A stretch of 64,000 nt of DNA, from NCBI GenBank assembly GCA_951406725.2, contig OX597832.1:70122001-70186000 (forward strand), written 5' to 3'. A model generated the notes under the pieces. It saw only the letters and a list, made by a program, of their open reading frames with translations. It did not search any database and was not told where the DNA came from. The position numbers were made by a program, and so were the translations under genes. Positions 10,794-21,686 of this stretch are shown piece after piece. Numbering within the stretch: position 1 is the stretch's first letter; each line of letters starts with the position of its first letter. Origin of the DNA: Octopus vulgaris. Lineage: Eukaryota.

Positions 10794-13049
10794 TTAAACT
10801 GGGTTTCTGACACCCACCTTTTTCGCCACTTCCTTCCATCTTTTTTCATACACACTTCGTGGTAAGGTCTTCTTTTCCAGCCACATTTTGCTCTTCAGAT
10901 GATATCTGAAGTAAGTGAGCAAGCCGGGGCCTGAGACAAAGGATCCTATTGCGACTCCTTCCATTCTTGTATGCCACATGCATTCTTTTACTACTGCAAC
11001 CGTGCAGTGAAAACATGCCTCACCTTCCTTCGAGAGTCCTGTTGGCGGTATCATCTTAATCATAGACTCAGCCGACAGCTGTACTCGTCCCAGATGCGAT
11101 AACACGTGTTCTGCGTAACTTATCAAGTCTGACAACTGCCGACAGTGTACAAAAGCGTGCTGGACGGTTTCATCGTCCAACCCGCATCTTGGACATGTCG
11201 GTGGCACTGAAATTCCGTGCCGCGATAACTTCTCGCGAACAGGTAAAGCATTCCTATAACACTGCCAGGCCAGGGATCTTTGGAAATTATCCAAATACCC
11301 CGTCCTGAAAGTCTTTTTAAACAGGTTGGTAAGCTGGTCTTCGTCGAACCCCAGAGCCCCTCCTAGAACGTCGTCGTTCTTTGCCTCTACAAGCCTGCTA
11401 TAAAATACCGAGGTGGTATTTCCGCTGCCGGCCTTGTCCGCCTTATGGATCAGCGTGAGTGCCCGTCGACACTCCTTTTGCCATAAAGTCAGATTCCGTC
11501 TTTTGATGTAACCGGGTTTAAAATTCACTAAGGAAGCCGGTCTCGGGAAAAATTCCCCTGCCAGCGGACTCCACACCTTATTACCCTCCAGGTGGTGCCA
11601 GAGATGCTTCAGCCTCAACGCATGTCTGCGCATCGTCAACCAAGGCATTCCTAACCCACCCTTTAACGGTTCCTGGCAGCAAACGGAGCGCCTCACAAGT
11701 GGCTTTCCTCCCTTCCACAAAAAGCGGGAAAGGATTCGCTCCAACTTGCTAAGCCATGAATCGGGGCAAGGGACAACGGTCAGGCGGTAAGTGATTACAG
11801 ATGCAATAAACATCTGTACCACCTCCGCCCTTCCTTTCAAGGACAGAAACCTTCCGGACCAGGTCCGTACTACGGCCTCCACCTTGCCCGTCACCTCACT
11901 CCAATTCCTCTCCGTTTGGGAGTCTGGCCCAAAGCAAACTCCTAACAACTTAACAGGACCATCTGTCCAGTGTCCCACGGCACTGGACGATATCGACTTG
12001 CTCCTCCAGGTGCCGAGGCATAAGCCAATCGACTTGTCCTTGTTAACTTTTGCTGCTGCCACCGCCTCGTATCCTCTGATAGCATCTTCTACACAATGTA
12101 GCTGAGCCTCATTGGACACGATCTCATCCGGGTTACTTCCCAGCCTCTCCAACTTTCGCAGCAATGGCTCGAGAGCCAACACGTACAAAAGTGGTGACAA
12201 GGGGCAACCTTGACGAACTGAACATTCGATCGAAAACGGTTCCGTTAGGTAACCGTTTATCTGGACGGTGGACTTGCTGCCGCTATACATTGCGGAGATC
12301 CACCCGCGAAATTCAGGGCCCAGTCCAGCCGCTTCGAGGACCGTCGCCAGGTACTTATGGTCTACCCTATCGAACGCTTTACTTTGGTCTAACTGGACCA
12401 TTACCCCGCCCTTGCCGGTTAATTTACCCACCCTATCTAAGGTGTAGCGTATAAGGTGAAGATTGTCCTGGATCAACCTGCCTGGAATTGCAAATGTCTG
12501 TGCTTTCCCGACAAGTTTCTCCACGACAGTCGTCAACCTTTTTGCCAACACGTTGGCCAAAATCTTTAACTCTACATTAAGTAGAATTATGGGCCTGTAA
12601 TTACTAATGTTATCCCCCTTGCTCGAATCTTTCTGGATTAGCGTCATCACTCCCCGGCTTACAGAACTGGGAATTCTCCCGTTCTGCTGCCAGTTCGTGT
12701 AGACGCCTGCCAGTATTCCCCCGAACAAGTCCGGCATACTTTGATAAAACTCGTAGGGCAGACCATCCAGCCCCGGCGACTTCTCTCCGGCGCATCCGGC
12801 CAGTACCCCCTCTATCTCAGCGGGAGTGATCGCTCCTTCACAGCACTCCACCTCACGCCCCGAGAGCCGTGGTCCGCCGGCTAGGAAGTCCTGTAAGGCC
12901 TTCCCCCGCTCCAGCGAACCACCACCCCCGAACGCGCGGGCGAAATGCTGGTGAAGAAACTTTTGCATCTCCTCCTGTCCATAGATCTTGTGTCCATGTT
13001 CGTCAGTTAAAGACTTGATTGAAGCTTTGTTGCCTCTCTGACTCTCCAC
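10794..13049 (-). pseudogene. LINE ORF2 RT and C-terminal Zn-binding region, catalytic YADD deleted
   Basis: KSPGLDGLPYEFY, NYRPI, DQSKAFDRVDH, VRQGCPLSPLLY, CPRC...ETVQHAFVHC; no YADD after LEPLL. Confidence 0.88.
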
Positions 13050-13112
13050 TCGACGGGCCCATCCGGCAACGTTAATACCTTCTCGTTTCCCTGCGCGTAG
13101 CTTAGCTCTAAC

Positions 13113-14135
13113 TCAGCAACCTTCGTGTTTGGAATTAAGGTGATGGTACAATACCGTCCTTGCCGCCATCACTCCGGATGCAGAGCCAGATTCCATTGCC
13201 TCGTTTAGATTCTTAACTAAATCGTCCTCTATCCTAGACCTATCTAACCTTAGCTGATTGCTAAATCTAATGGACTCTGAACGAATGGCTCTTTTGAGGG
13301 AGTGCCACCAGCTATTATTAATGATGGTGCCACATAATGCCCTCTGTACTAACACCTTAATCCGGGTACGGAAGTCTTCACAATTCAAAATAGACTTGTT
13401 CAGCTTCCAGTACCCGGGTCCCTGTCTATGACACTTATCTAATTGGACCCTACAAGTCACAAATTTGTGATCCGTGTAAGGCACAATGTGAAACTGTGGA
13501 CAACTAAACATATCCTTATCTCTTTTTCTAACGAATATCCTATCTATATACGATCTGCGTGAGCCGTCGTTGTTACTCCACGTCCACTGTGGAACGCTCG
13601 GCTCATCCAGTCGATAACGGTCTACTAGATTAAAGCTCTCTAGTAGACCCTTGAGGCTAGGGTTCCCCTTCCTATTGGTTGAGCCAACACTGTCGACCCG
13701 CGCTTCGAGGAGAGTGGTAAAGTCCCCTACTAAGACTACCGTTTTCGACGTCACTAAAAAGTGCTCCTGATTCCGAAAAAAACCCGACTGCCTATTCTCA
13801 TTCGGAGCGTAGACAGCTACCAACCTGAAGGACTGTTTACTTACGTGGGTCACATCCAGAACGACCAGCCTGCCTTCTGGGTCCAGAAAGACAGTACTTA
13901 CCTGCAAGTCCAAGCGCTTCCTGATAAGGACTGCCACGCCCCTTCCTCTTCCTCGGCTAGGAGAAATACATTTCTCGAAACCATTTAGAAAAGGCGAGAA
14001 CGCTTGGGCCCCGTTCATCTTGGACTCGGTTACAATAGCTACGTCCACTCTGTGTGTCGTGAGGTCGTCCAGGAGACAAATTTGTATCCATTTCGACCCC
14101 ATTCCACGCACATTCACACAACCCAGCTTAGCCAT
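13113..14135 (-). CDS. LINE ORF2 APE endonuclease; same frame as the RT, separated by one TGA
   Basis: NVRG, VYAPN, LVGDF, WTW, SYIDRIF, TDHK, GPGYWKLN motifs. Confidence 0.88.
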   Translation of the reverse strand: MAKLGCVNVRGMGSKWIQICLLDDLTTHRVDVAIVTESKMNGAQAFSPFLNGFEKCISPSRGRGRGVAVLIRKRLDLQVSTVFLDPEGRLVVLDVTHVSKQSFRLVAVYAPNENRQSGFFRNQEHFLVTSKTVVLVGDFTTLLEARVDSVGSTNRKGNPSLKGLLESFNLVDRYRLDEPSVPQWTWSNNDGSRRSYIDRIFVRKRDKDMFSCPQFHIVPYTDHKFVTCRVQLDKCHRQGPGYWKLNKSILNCEDFRTRIKVLVQRALCGTIINNSWWHSLKRAIRSESIRFSNQLRLDRSRIEDDLVKNLNEAMESGSASGVMAARTVLYHHLNSKHEGC

Positions 14136-14159
14136 TGTCGGAGAGAGAGAAAAAAAAAC

Positions 14160-15608
14160 TTACGGTTGGGACAGGGAGCATGACAGTTTAAATCTGCATG
14201 CTTCCCCTTCTTCCTCCCTTGTGGTCGTAGCTGCAGGGCTCTTAACCGGCGTTGCCATCGGGCTCAGGGTAGGTGTGGTTGCCGGGGTTATAGTAAGTTT
14301 ACCCTCCAGTATTTCGTTAGTAACGTCTCTGATAAGGTTATTTTTTAAATGTTCTTGCAGTGTTTTTTCCTTCCTCTCGTCTTCCTTTATTTTTGCAAAA
14401 CGAGTGGTCGACTTAGTGTCTGAAGACTTACTGAATAATTTCAGTTTTGAAAATTTAAAATACTTGAACACTCTTTCGTTTTTCTCGTCGAATGCTACAA
14501 CCTTTTCATTTTTTTTAATCAATTTTTTCCAATCTTGTCTTATGGGGAGGGGCTTGGCGAACTGTGTTCCAATGAATACAGTGCCGTGGGGGTGGGGCTG
14601 GGGAATTTGTTTTGGATGTATCTCTGCGGTGTTTGCTGATTTTTTCTTTGTTTGGGGAGGGGAGTCCAGGATATTTTCTTTTTTTCTTTTGTGTTTCACC
14701 TGTGTAAATTCCATTTGTTCATTTTTATCTTCCGTTTCGATTCCCTTCCTTGTCGCAGTCTTGGGGTCTTTTTCCGCCTTTTCTTTTTCTGTGTTTGAAG
14801 CACTTTGAGGAGGGGCTTCGCTGTTTTTCTTTTTTTTTATGCAGTTCGAGCGGACGTGACCCTTTTCACCACATTTGAAACACCTAAGTCTGCGCCCCTC
14901 CACCGACACTCTCATTGTAATTCCTTCCTCAATAAATACCCTATCGGGTAAGTTTTCTAGCACATTATTTTCTGCTTGAACGAGGAGTTCGAGCGCTTGT
15001 CCCTTCCAGTGTACCTCCTCTTTCCTTTTCATCTGCAGAATTGAGACTTTCTGCTCTACGTCGTGCAGAACCGCCGCTGCTACCCACATTATCTCATATC
15101 CTCTTGGAATGTCTTCCACATATAGTTTCGCAGTTCTTTTTCCCATATATGTAGGTAGTAACATGATGTCCTCACTTTTTAAGGTCATCGATGAAATCTC
15201 TCTTGCCACATCAGCCGAGTCGAAATGTGCTTCAACGGTAGCGCTGCGGGCACCTCGACCGACGTGGCGAATTTTGCTCCACACCGGGGACAAGCACTTC
15301 TCTACTATTTCGTTCTTCACGTCCATTATTTTTTTCTCTTTGTTACTGTAAACCTTGTATACGACTATCTTAGCCTTTATTTCCTGTAATTTCGCTTGCG
15401 GCGGTACCAGTTTAATTTCATTGCCTTCCTTTTTTACCAAGTTCCGGTATTCGAATAACTGTTCAATTTTAAATTCTACTTCCGTTATGTTTCCGCCCAC
15501 TGCGGCCGAAAAAGACTGTTTTTTAACCTCGATATCCTTCTGTTTTCCCATCACGGGAAAGTCGCTCCTCGACGCCAAGTCGCCCCTCGACGCCAAGTCG
15601 AACTCCAT
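14160..15608 (-). CDS. LINE ORF1, gag-like with CCHC zinc knuckle
   Basis: 482-aa ORF immediately upstream of ORF2; CFKCGEKGHVRSNC. Confidence 0.85.
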   Translation of the reverse strand: MEFDLASRGDLASRSDFPVMGKQKDIEVKKQSFSAAVGGNITEVEFKIEQLFEYRNLVKKEGNEIKLVPPQAKLQEIKAKIVVYKVYSNKEKKIMDVKNEIVEKCLSPVWSKIRHVGRGARSATVEAHFDSADVAREISSMTLKSEDIMLLPTYMGKRTAKLYVEDIPRGYEIMWVAAAVLHDVEQKVSILQMKRKEEVHWKGQALELLVQAENNVLENLPDRVFIEEGITMRVSVEGRRLRCFKCGEKGHVRSNCIKKKKNSEAPPQSASNTEKEKAEKDPKTATRKGIETEDKNEQMEFTQVKHKRKKENILDSPPQTKKKSANTAEIHPKQIPQPHPHGTVFIGTQFAKPLPIRQDWKKLIKKNEKVVAFDEKNERVFKYFKFSKLKLFSKSSDTKSTTRFAKIKEDERKEKTLQEHLKNNLIRDVTNEILEGKLTITPATTPTLSPMATPVKSPAATTTREEEGEACRFKLSCSLSQP

Positions 15609-15860
15609 TTCTCAAATTATGAGAACCAATTTTTCAATAAAAAAAAAATTACCCCGAAGGTAATAACAATGTTTATACACAGAATTTTCAGCCCCGTAGG
15701 GCGAAAATTACTGTCACACAACGGACAACTGTTCAATTCACGAGCAACACAAACAACGACGAACAAAAAACGAACTCACTCAACAAAATAGGCAGCTAAC
15801 TTCTCAATACGCAGATGAAAGAGTGGTCTCTAGACGAGTCAAAACACCGGTTTTCGATGA

Positions 15861-16491
15861 AGGAGACCTTTGCAAATAATAATATTTAACGTTTTTCACA
15901 GCAACCACAGTCACTGATTTAGAAAAACTGTCTGAAAGCATTAATAAATCTCTGAACGAGATATAAACAGTAACCGCTCGACAACGTAAAGTGTACTAGC
16001 CATCTGAATGTGGCTAGCCACTGGGGGTGGGGTGTTACTGACGCTTTTATCCCCAGGAGATCAACGTCACCAGCTGGCCTTAGACACAATTTCAGTGCCC
16101 TTGTGTTATTTGCAAAGGGAGGTCATCCTCCCTCGAAAACCTAATTGATACATGGCTAGTACACTTTACGTTGTCGAGCGGTTACTGTTTATATCTCGTT
16201 CAGAGATTTATTAATGCTTTCAGACAGTTTTTCTAAATCAGTGACTGTGGTTGCTGTGAAAAACGTTAAATATTATTATTTGCAAAGGTCTCCTTCATCG
16301 AAAACCGGTGTTTACCATGCGTTGACGAGAGGCAATTACCTCGAAACTATAGTCCGTATGTATCACTTAGGTTTTCGAGGGAGGATGACCTCCCTTTGCA
16401 AATAACACAAGGGCACTGAAATTGTGTCTAAGGCCAGCTGGTGACGTTGATCTCCTGGGGCTAAAAGCGTCAGTAACACTCCACCCCCAGT
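15861..16491. mobile_element. Retrozyme-like family B, right part: tandem copy (to 16153) plus inverted near-complete monomer (16152-16491)
   Basis: 15938-16153 repeats 10263-10478; 16152-16491 is inverted and contains the empty LINE target. Confidence 0.8.
16316..16360 (+). ncRNA. Minimal type I hammerhead (U3.G8 core)
   Basis: CATGCG-TTGACGA-GAGG caatta CCTC-GAAA-CTATAG-TC-CGTATG. Confidence 0.8.
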
Positions 16492-16930
16492 TGACATTGC
16501 CGTATAGGGAGATTGTTCTCTCTCCAAAGCACTGCCGTAGCAACTGCGTTGTTTCTTTTGAGGTATGAGCACTTGCCCCATCTTTTTGGAACCATGTGTG
16601 AGGTATACTTTGAACGGCCAGGTGCAAAAAGTCTCAGTCATTAATACCTGAAAGAGAGGCTTTACGTCAACAAACCGGAAACCCTGATGCAACCGAAGAA
16701 CATCAATAGATAAATCAAAGAAGAAATTGGCTCTGAACCTCTTGAGGGTGTTATGATGCAAGTTTTGGAAAGAGTGTGGGCGTGCGAAGCCTTTAAACGG
16801 CTGCCGTGATGTAATGGTGTTACAAAATTTGACTTGTGCATATTAATTTCCATTATGTCCTTTATATTGTCGCAAAATATCATGCATTTATTTGTAAAGT
16901 TATGGAAGTTATTATAAATTAAAACCCATC
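16492..16930. pseudogene. Rearranged Tc1/mariner transposase remnant
   Basis: WFQKDGASAHT...FGERTIS on minus; LKERLYVNKPETL-like piece on plus. Confidence 0.55.
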
Positions 16931-17235
16931 AGTGACTTCAGGCTCTGATTCCTCTTGAAAATCAGGACGCTGGCCCGAAAAATATCGCGATAAGTAAAGG
17001 AGATAGTAGATGCATCTTCTCGCCTTACCTGGGACCAATTGCTTGATTTTCAAATAGAATCGATTATTTGGTCCTGTCTGAAGTTTTTTTGGAGATGGAA
17101 GCCTGCCCAGAACCGTTTGGCCAAAGTGTCAAAACTATAAGTTGATATAGCTTTATTTTGAGTACTTTAAAGGATGTGTATCTCTCACTGGATGAAGTAA
17201 TGTTTTGTTGATCTTACCTCAAAGGAACAGTGAAC

Positions 17236-17266
<31 letters not shown>

Positions 17267-17443
17267 TGTATGTATGTATGTATGTATGTATGTATGTATG
17301 TGTGTGTGTATGTATGTATGTATGTATGTGTATATATATATATATACGTACATAAATACGTACATCATTATATGAGTGTGTATCGGAAATAAGGCGATGT
17401 CGTGTTTGTTTTATCCGTCTCGTAGATATGTTTTGTCTATTAA

Positions 17444-17636
17444 ATGACAAAACGTTCCGGCATTTTCCTTCTCCTTTCGTTGACTCTTTCTCATCTTCCT
17501 TCCTCGTGCGCCATCAACCCCGATACAACTTTACAGCATTTCTATGTGTTCATTTGTAATGCTGCTGTCATGATACACACGTCTATAAAACAAGCCCTAG
17601 GTGAAATTTCAAGCAAACTCTTATCATACTTAACAA
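17444..17636 (+). CDS. Candidate first coding exon of an unknown secreted or membrane host protein
   Basis: Pyrimidine-rich acceptor ending 17425, signal-peptide-like MTKRSGIFLLLSLTLSHLPSSCA, GTAAGT donor at 17637. Confidence 0.3.
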
Positions 17637-17893
17637 GTAAGTGCGTGTTTGTGCACACTCACGCACACACACAGACACACACACACACACGCACAGTAAA
17701 ACATGTATGTATATGTGTATTTATACGTGTGCGCATATATATCCATATACTTACATATATATATACTTACATATATACGTATACTTACATATATATATAC
17801 ATATTCATATATACATATGTCTATGCATATATTTATACATACATCTGTTTCCAAAATGGCCTATATATAAAAATATGCTTACATGTGTATTAA

Positions 17894-17972
<79 letters not shown>

Positions 17973-18105
17973 ATATATATATATATATATATATATGCGT
18001 GTGTGTGTGTGTATACATACATATATATATATGTATGTATATGTATATATATATATATCTATATATCTATATATCTATATCTCTATATATATATATATAT
18101 ATATA

Positions 18106-18596
18106 TTGTTATATTTCGGAATGGTCATTTTGCCAGTTTAGCCAATAAAAACACACGCACTATATATTTGGTGTTATTTTGCTTCCGTGTTATTTATTTT
18201 TTACATTAATCTTAATCTTATTTCGGCCAAAGTTCTTTCGTCACACTCCTGTGACCGCATCAGTGGTCCTTTGTTTTCTTCTCACTTATTTGTGTCTCTC
18301 CTTACTAACCGTCAGCCATTTTGTATTTCTATTGTATGTCTTCATTTGCGCATGCTTATATCTCTATGTGCGTCTATGTTTATTTAGTGTGTGTGTGGGG
18401 GGGATGCCTGTAATATTTGTATCTTCTGTTTATATACATTCATGTAATTTGTATTTTGTTTTTGCTGTTGTTGCTTTTGTTCTAATTTTGTTCATGTGTT
18501 TACATCCACCCATTATTATCATTACATATGCTTGTATGTATGTATAACAACAATATTAGTAATAATAATAATAAATCTAATCGAAAAAAAAAGAGA

Positions 18597-18627
<31 letters not shown>

Positions 18628-19430
18628 CATATATACACACACATATACACATATACATATATATATATATATTCACATATACATACATAGATACATATAC
18701 ATATATATAGTTATTCATTTCTATTTCTTTAATTATCTGTGTATTTATTATGTTTGCAGGATCCACTATCATCATATGTTGTGGTGTGTGCTATTGCTCC
18801 ATTCTAGTTTTCTATTCAGGCTAGGTTTATTTTCTATTATATGTGTAGCTTCTGTAATTTGTCTAATTGTTGCATCTGTTCTATGTGTGGACAATATCTT
18901 AATCTCTATGTTATTGATTGATCCCCCGTGTTCCTGTTCGGCGTGTTGGTACAGAATCGATTAGCTCTTACCTTCCTTGAGTTGTCTCCAATGTTTATTC
19001 ACCCGCTCTCCAATGCTTCTTGCTGTTTCCCCTACGTATGTTACTGTCTTGTTACTGCATCGTCCCTCTATACATGTTATACTATAGACCACATTTCTGG
19101 CTTTACAGTTTGTTTGTGGGCTAAATCTACATACAGTGCAATAGTTATCCGTACAGAGGGTTCTACTAAAAGGATAGGTTCTACCAATTATAGATCTGAT
19201 AGGGTTGCCTGGCTTTTCAACAACCTTAATTCTTAGTTTAAGTTTATCTAGGGTCCTTCTAAAGCGGTACGCCAGTTCACCTCCAGGGGTGGTGTCAACG
19301 AACATGATACTCTGGTATTTATGGCTATCATACCAAGAGTTGCCCTTCCCTATTTTCTTTTTTGTCCTTTCTATAGTGTTCCATGACTTGTTCCTATAGA
19401 GTGGGCAAATCCCATTCCTATCATTACATA
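18106..19430 (-). mobile_element. 5'-truncated PLE-2 fragment (RT C-terminus, GIY-YIG, pLTR), a different family
   Basis: ORF 18961-19305: CTDNYCTVC linker, NVVYSITC...YVGETARSIGERVNKH. Confidence 0.75.
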
Positions 19431-19522
19431 ATATATTATGCAGTTCTCAGGTTACAGCCATAAAGAAAGGATCAGAGTATACAAAGGAGCCATGAAAAAA
19501 AGAAATTTGAAAAAAAGAAATT

Positions 19523-19731
19523 TGTGTGTCTGTGTTTGTCCCCCTAGTATTGCTTGACAACTGATGCTGGTGTGTTTACGTCCCCGTCACTTAGCGGTTC
19601 GGCAAAAGAGACCGGTAGAATAAGTACTCGGCTTACAAAGAATAAGTCCCGGGGTCGAGTTGCTCGACTAAAGGCGGTGCTCTAGCATGGCCGCAGTCAA
19701 ATGACTGAAACAAGTAAAAGTGTAAAAAGAG

Positions 19732-19732
<1 letters not shown>
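19523..19732 (+). mobile_element. SINE 3' half
   Basis: Matches the 3' body of the SINE family. Confidence 0.8.
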
Positions 19733-19767
<35 letters not shown>

Positions 19768-20828
19768 CAATGCTATTACCCGTTTGTACATGCAGTCTAT
19801 ATATTTTTAAATGTCGTTGTTTAATACAACTTACGTATAAACACAGTCATATATAAATGCCAGAGGGTGTCAATGCATATACTCATGTATGTATCCTGTA
19901 AGCTCAAATAAACATCACAAATATACACATGCAAACATACACAAATTTACACGCGCGCACACACACACACACACACACTCACATATATATATATATATAT
20001 ATATATATACGCAAACACACACACGTATACTTAAATATAAACATACACAAAAACATACCTACTTCACATACGTACCTCAAATAGGTTGACGCAGATACAT
20101 ACATTCATTCATATAAGCACATACACGCATACATACGTGCATACATACATACATACGTGCATGCATGCATACATACATACATACATACATACATACATAC
20201 ATACATACATACATACATACATACATACATACATACATACATACATACATAAACGCACATATGCACACATATAAATTAAGTTAGCGTTTTCCGAAAGTGA
20301 TTTCTTAGGACGGCTTGAAGCAATTACAAATCTCTTTTATGTTTTTATCACCTGAATCCAGAAGATAGAAACATGGCGTCATTGCGGTGACGGGGAGAGG
20401 GACGGGCGGGAGGAGGAAAGAGGAGAAGGAAGAAAGAGACGACGAGGCTGGGGAATTGATGCAGACTGAACGTTATCTTCGCATTACTTCCCAACACAAT
20501 GATCAACGCGTTCTCCTACCCTGCACACACACACACACTCATACACACACACATGTATAAGTATGCCTGTATAAATATATATGCATATATAAGAATATAT
20601 GCACATATAATCGTAATTATAGATATATGTGTATGTATGTATATAAAGTTGACATGCATATAATTTAATATGTGTGTATATTTACGCCTGTGTATACGTA
20701 CGTGCCTCAATAAATACATGTTTATATATGTTTATGTATAGACATTTATTTGTAAATATATATATATATATATATACATAACATTATACATGAATGTATA
20801 TACATATATATAAGTATATATATATATC

Positions 20829-21252
20829 TTTCTCTTTTTACTCTTTTACTTGTTTCAGTCATTTGACTGCGGCCATGCTGGAGCACCGCCTTTAGTCGAG
20901 CAAATCGACCTCGGGACTTATTCTTTGTAAGCCCAGTACTTATTCTATCGGTCTCTTTTGCCGAACCGCTAAGTGACGGGGACGTAAACACACCACCATC
21001 GGTTGTCAAGCAATGCTAGGGGGGCCAAACACAGACACACAAACACACACACACACTCATATATATATATATATATATATATGCATATATACGACAGGCT
21101 TCTTTCAGTTTCCGTCTACCAAATCCATTCACAAGGCATTGGTCGGCCCGAGGCTATAGCAGAAGACACTTGCCCAAGATGCCACGCAGTGGGACTGAAC
21201 CCAGAACCATGTCGTTGGTAGGGAAGCTACTTACCACACAGCCACTCCTGCG

Positions 21253-21255
<3 letters not shown>
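20829..21255 (-). mobile_element. tRNA-derived SINE, full length
   Basis: Reverse complement of 28316-28736. Confidence 0.88.
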
Positions 21256-21291
<36 letters not shown>

Positions 21292-21536
21292 GCACATACA
21301 TACATATATATATACATATATATATATAAATACATATATGTATATATATATATACGTATATATATATATCTATATATATTTGTGTGTTTGTGATTTAGTA
21401 TGTGAATGTGTGTACGCCGTTTCATGATAAACAGAGACATAAATAGACAGTCACACACAAAGACATGCACAAATACATATAAATATACACACTTAAACAC
21501 ACACACTTACACACACGCACACAATATGTTCGTATG

Positions 21537-21613
<77 letters not shown>

Positions 21614-21637
21614 CTGTGTGTGTGAGTGTGTATATCA

Positions 21638-21686
<49 letters not shown>

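Larger units (their letters stand above)
10542..15841 (-). mobile_element. Full-length Tx1/L1-clade LINE with 19-bp TSD, defective
   Basis: ORF1 plus APE-RT ORF2; TSD AAACACCGGTTTTCGATGA at 10523-10541 and 15842-15860. Confidence 0.92.

Noticed and set aside
13113-13115. TGA between LINE EN and RT as programmed readthrough
   Set aside because: The copy is already defective (YADD lost), so a point mutation is more likely
14020-14808. 262-aa hydrophobic plus-strand ORF
   Set aside because: Antisense shadow of the Lys-rich LINE ORF1
18205-18270. CTGATGC-GGTC...GGCC-GAAA on minus in the PLE-2 pLTR
   Set aside because: A9 is altered and no stem III or cleavage triplet forms; at best a decayed ribozyme
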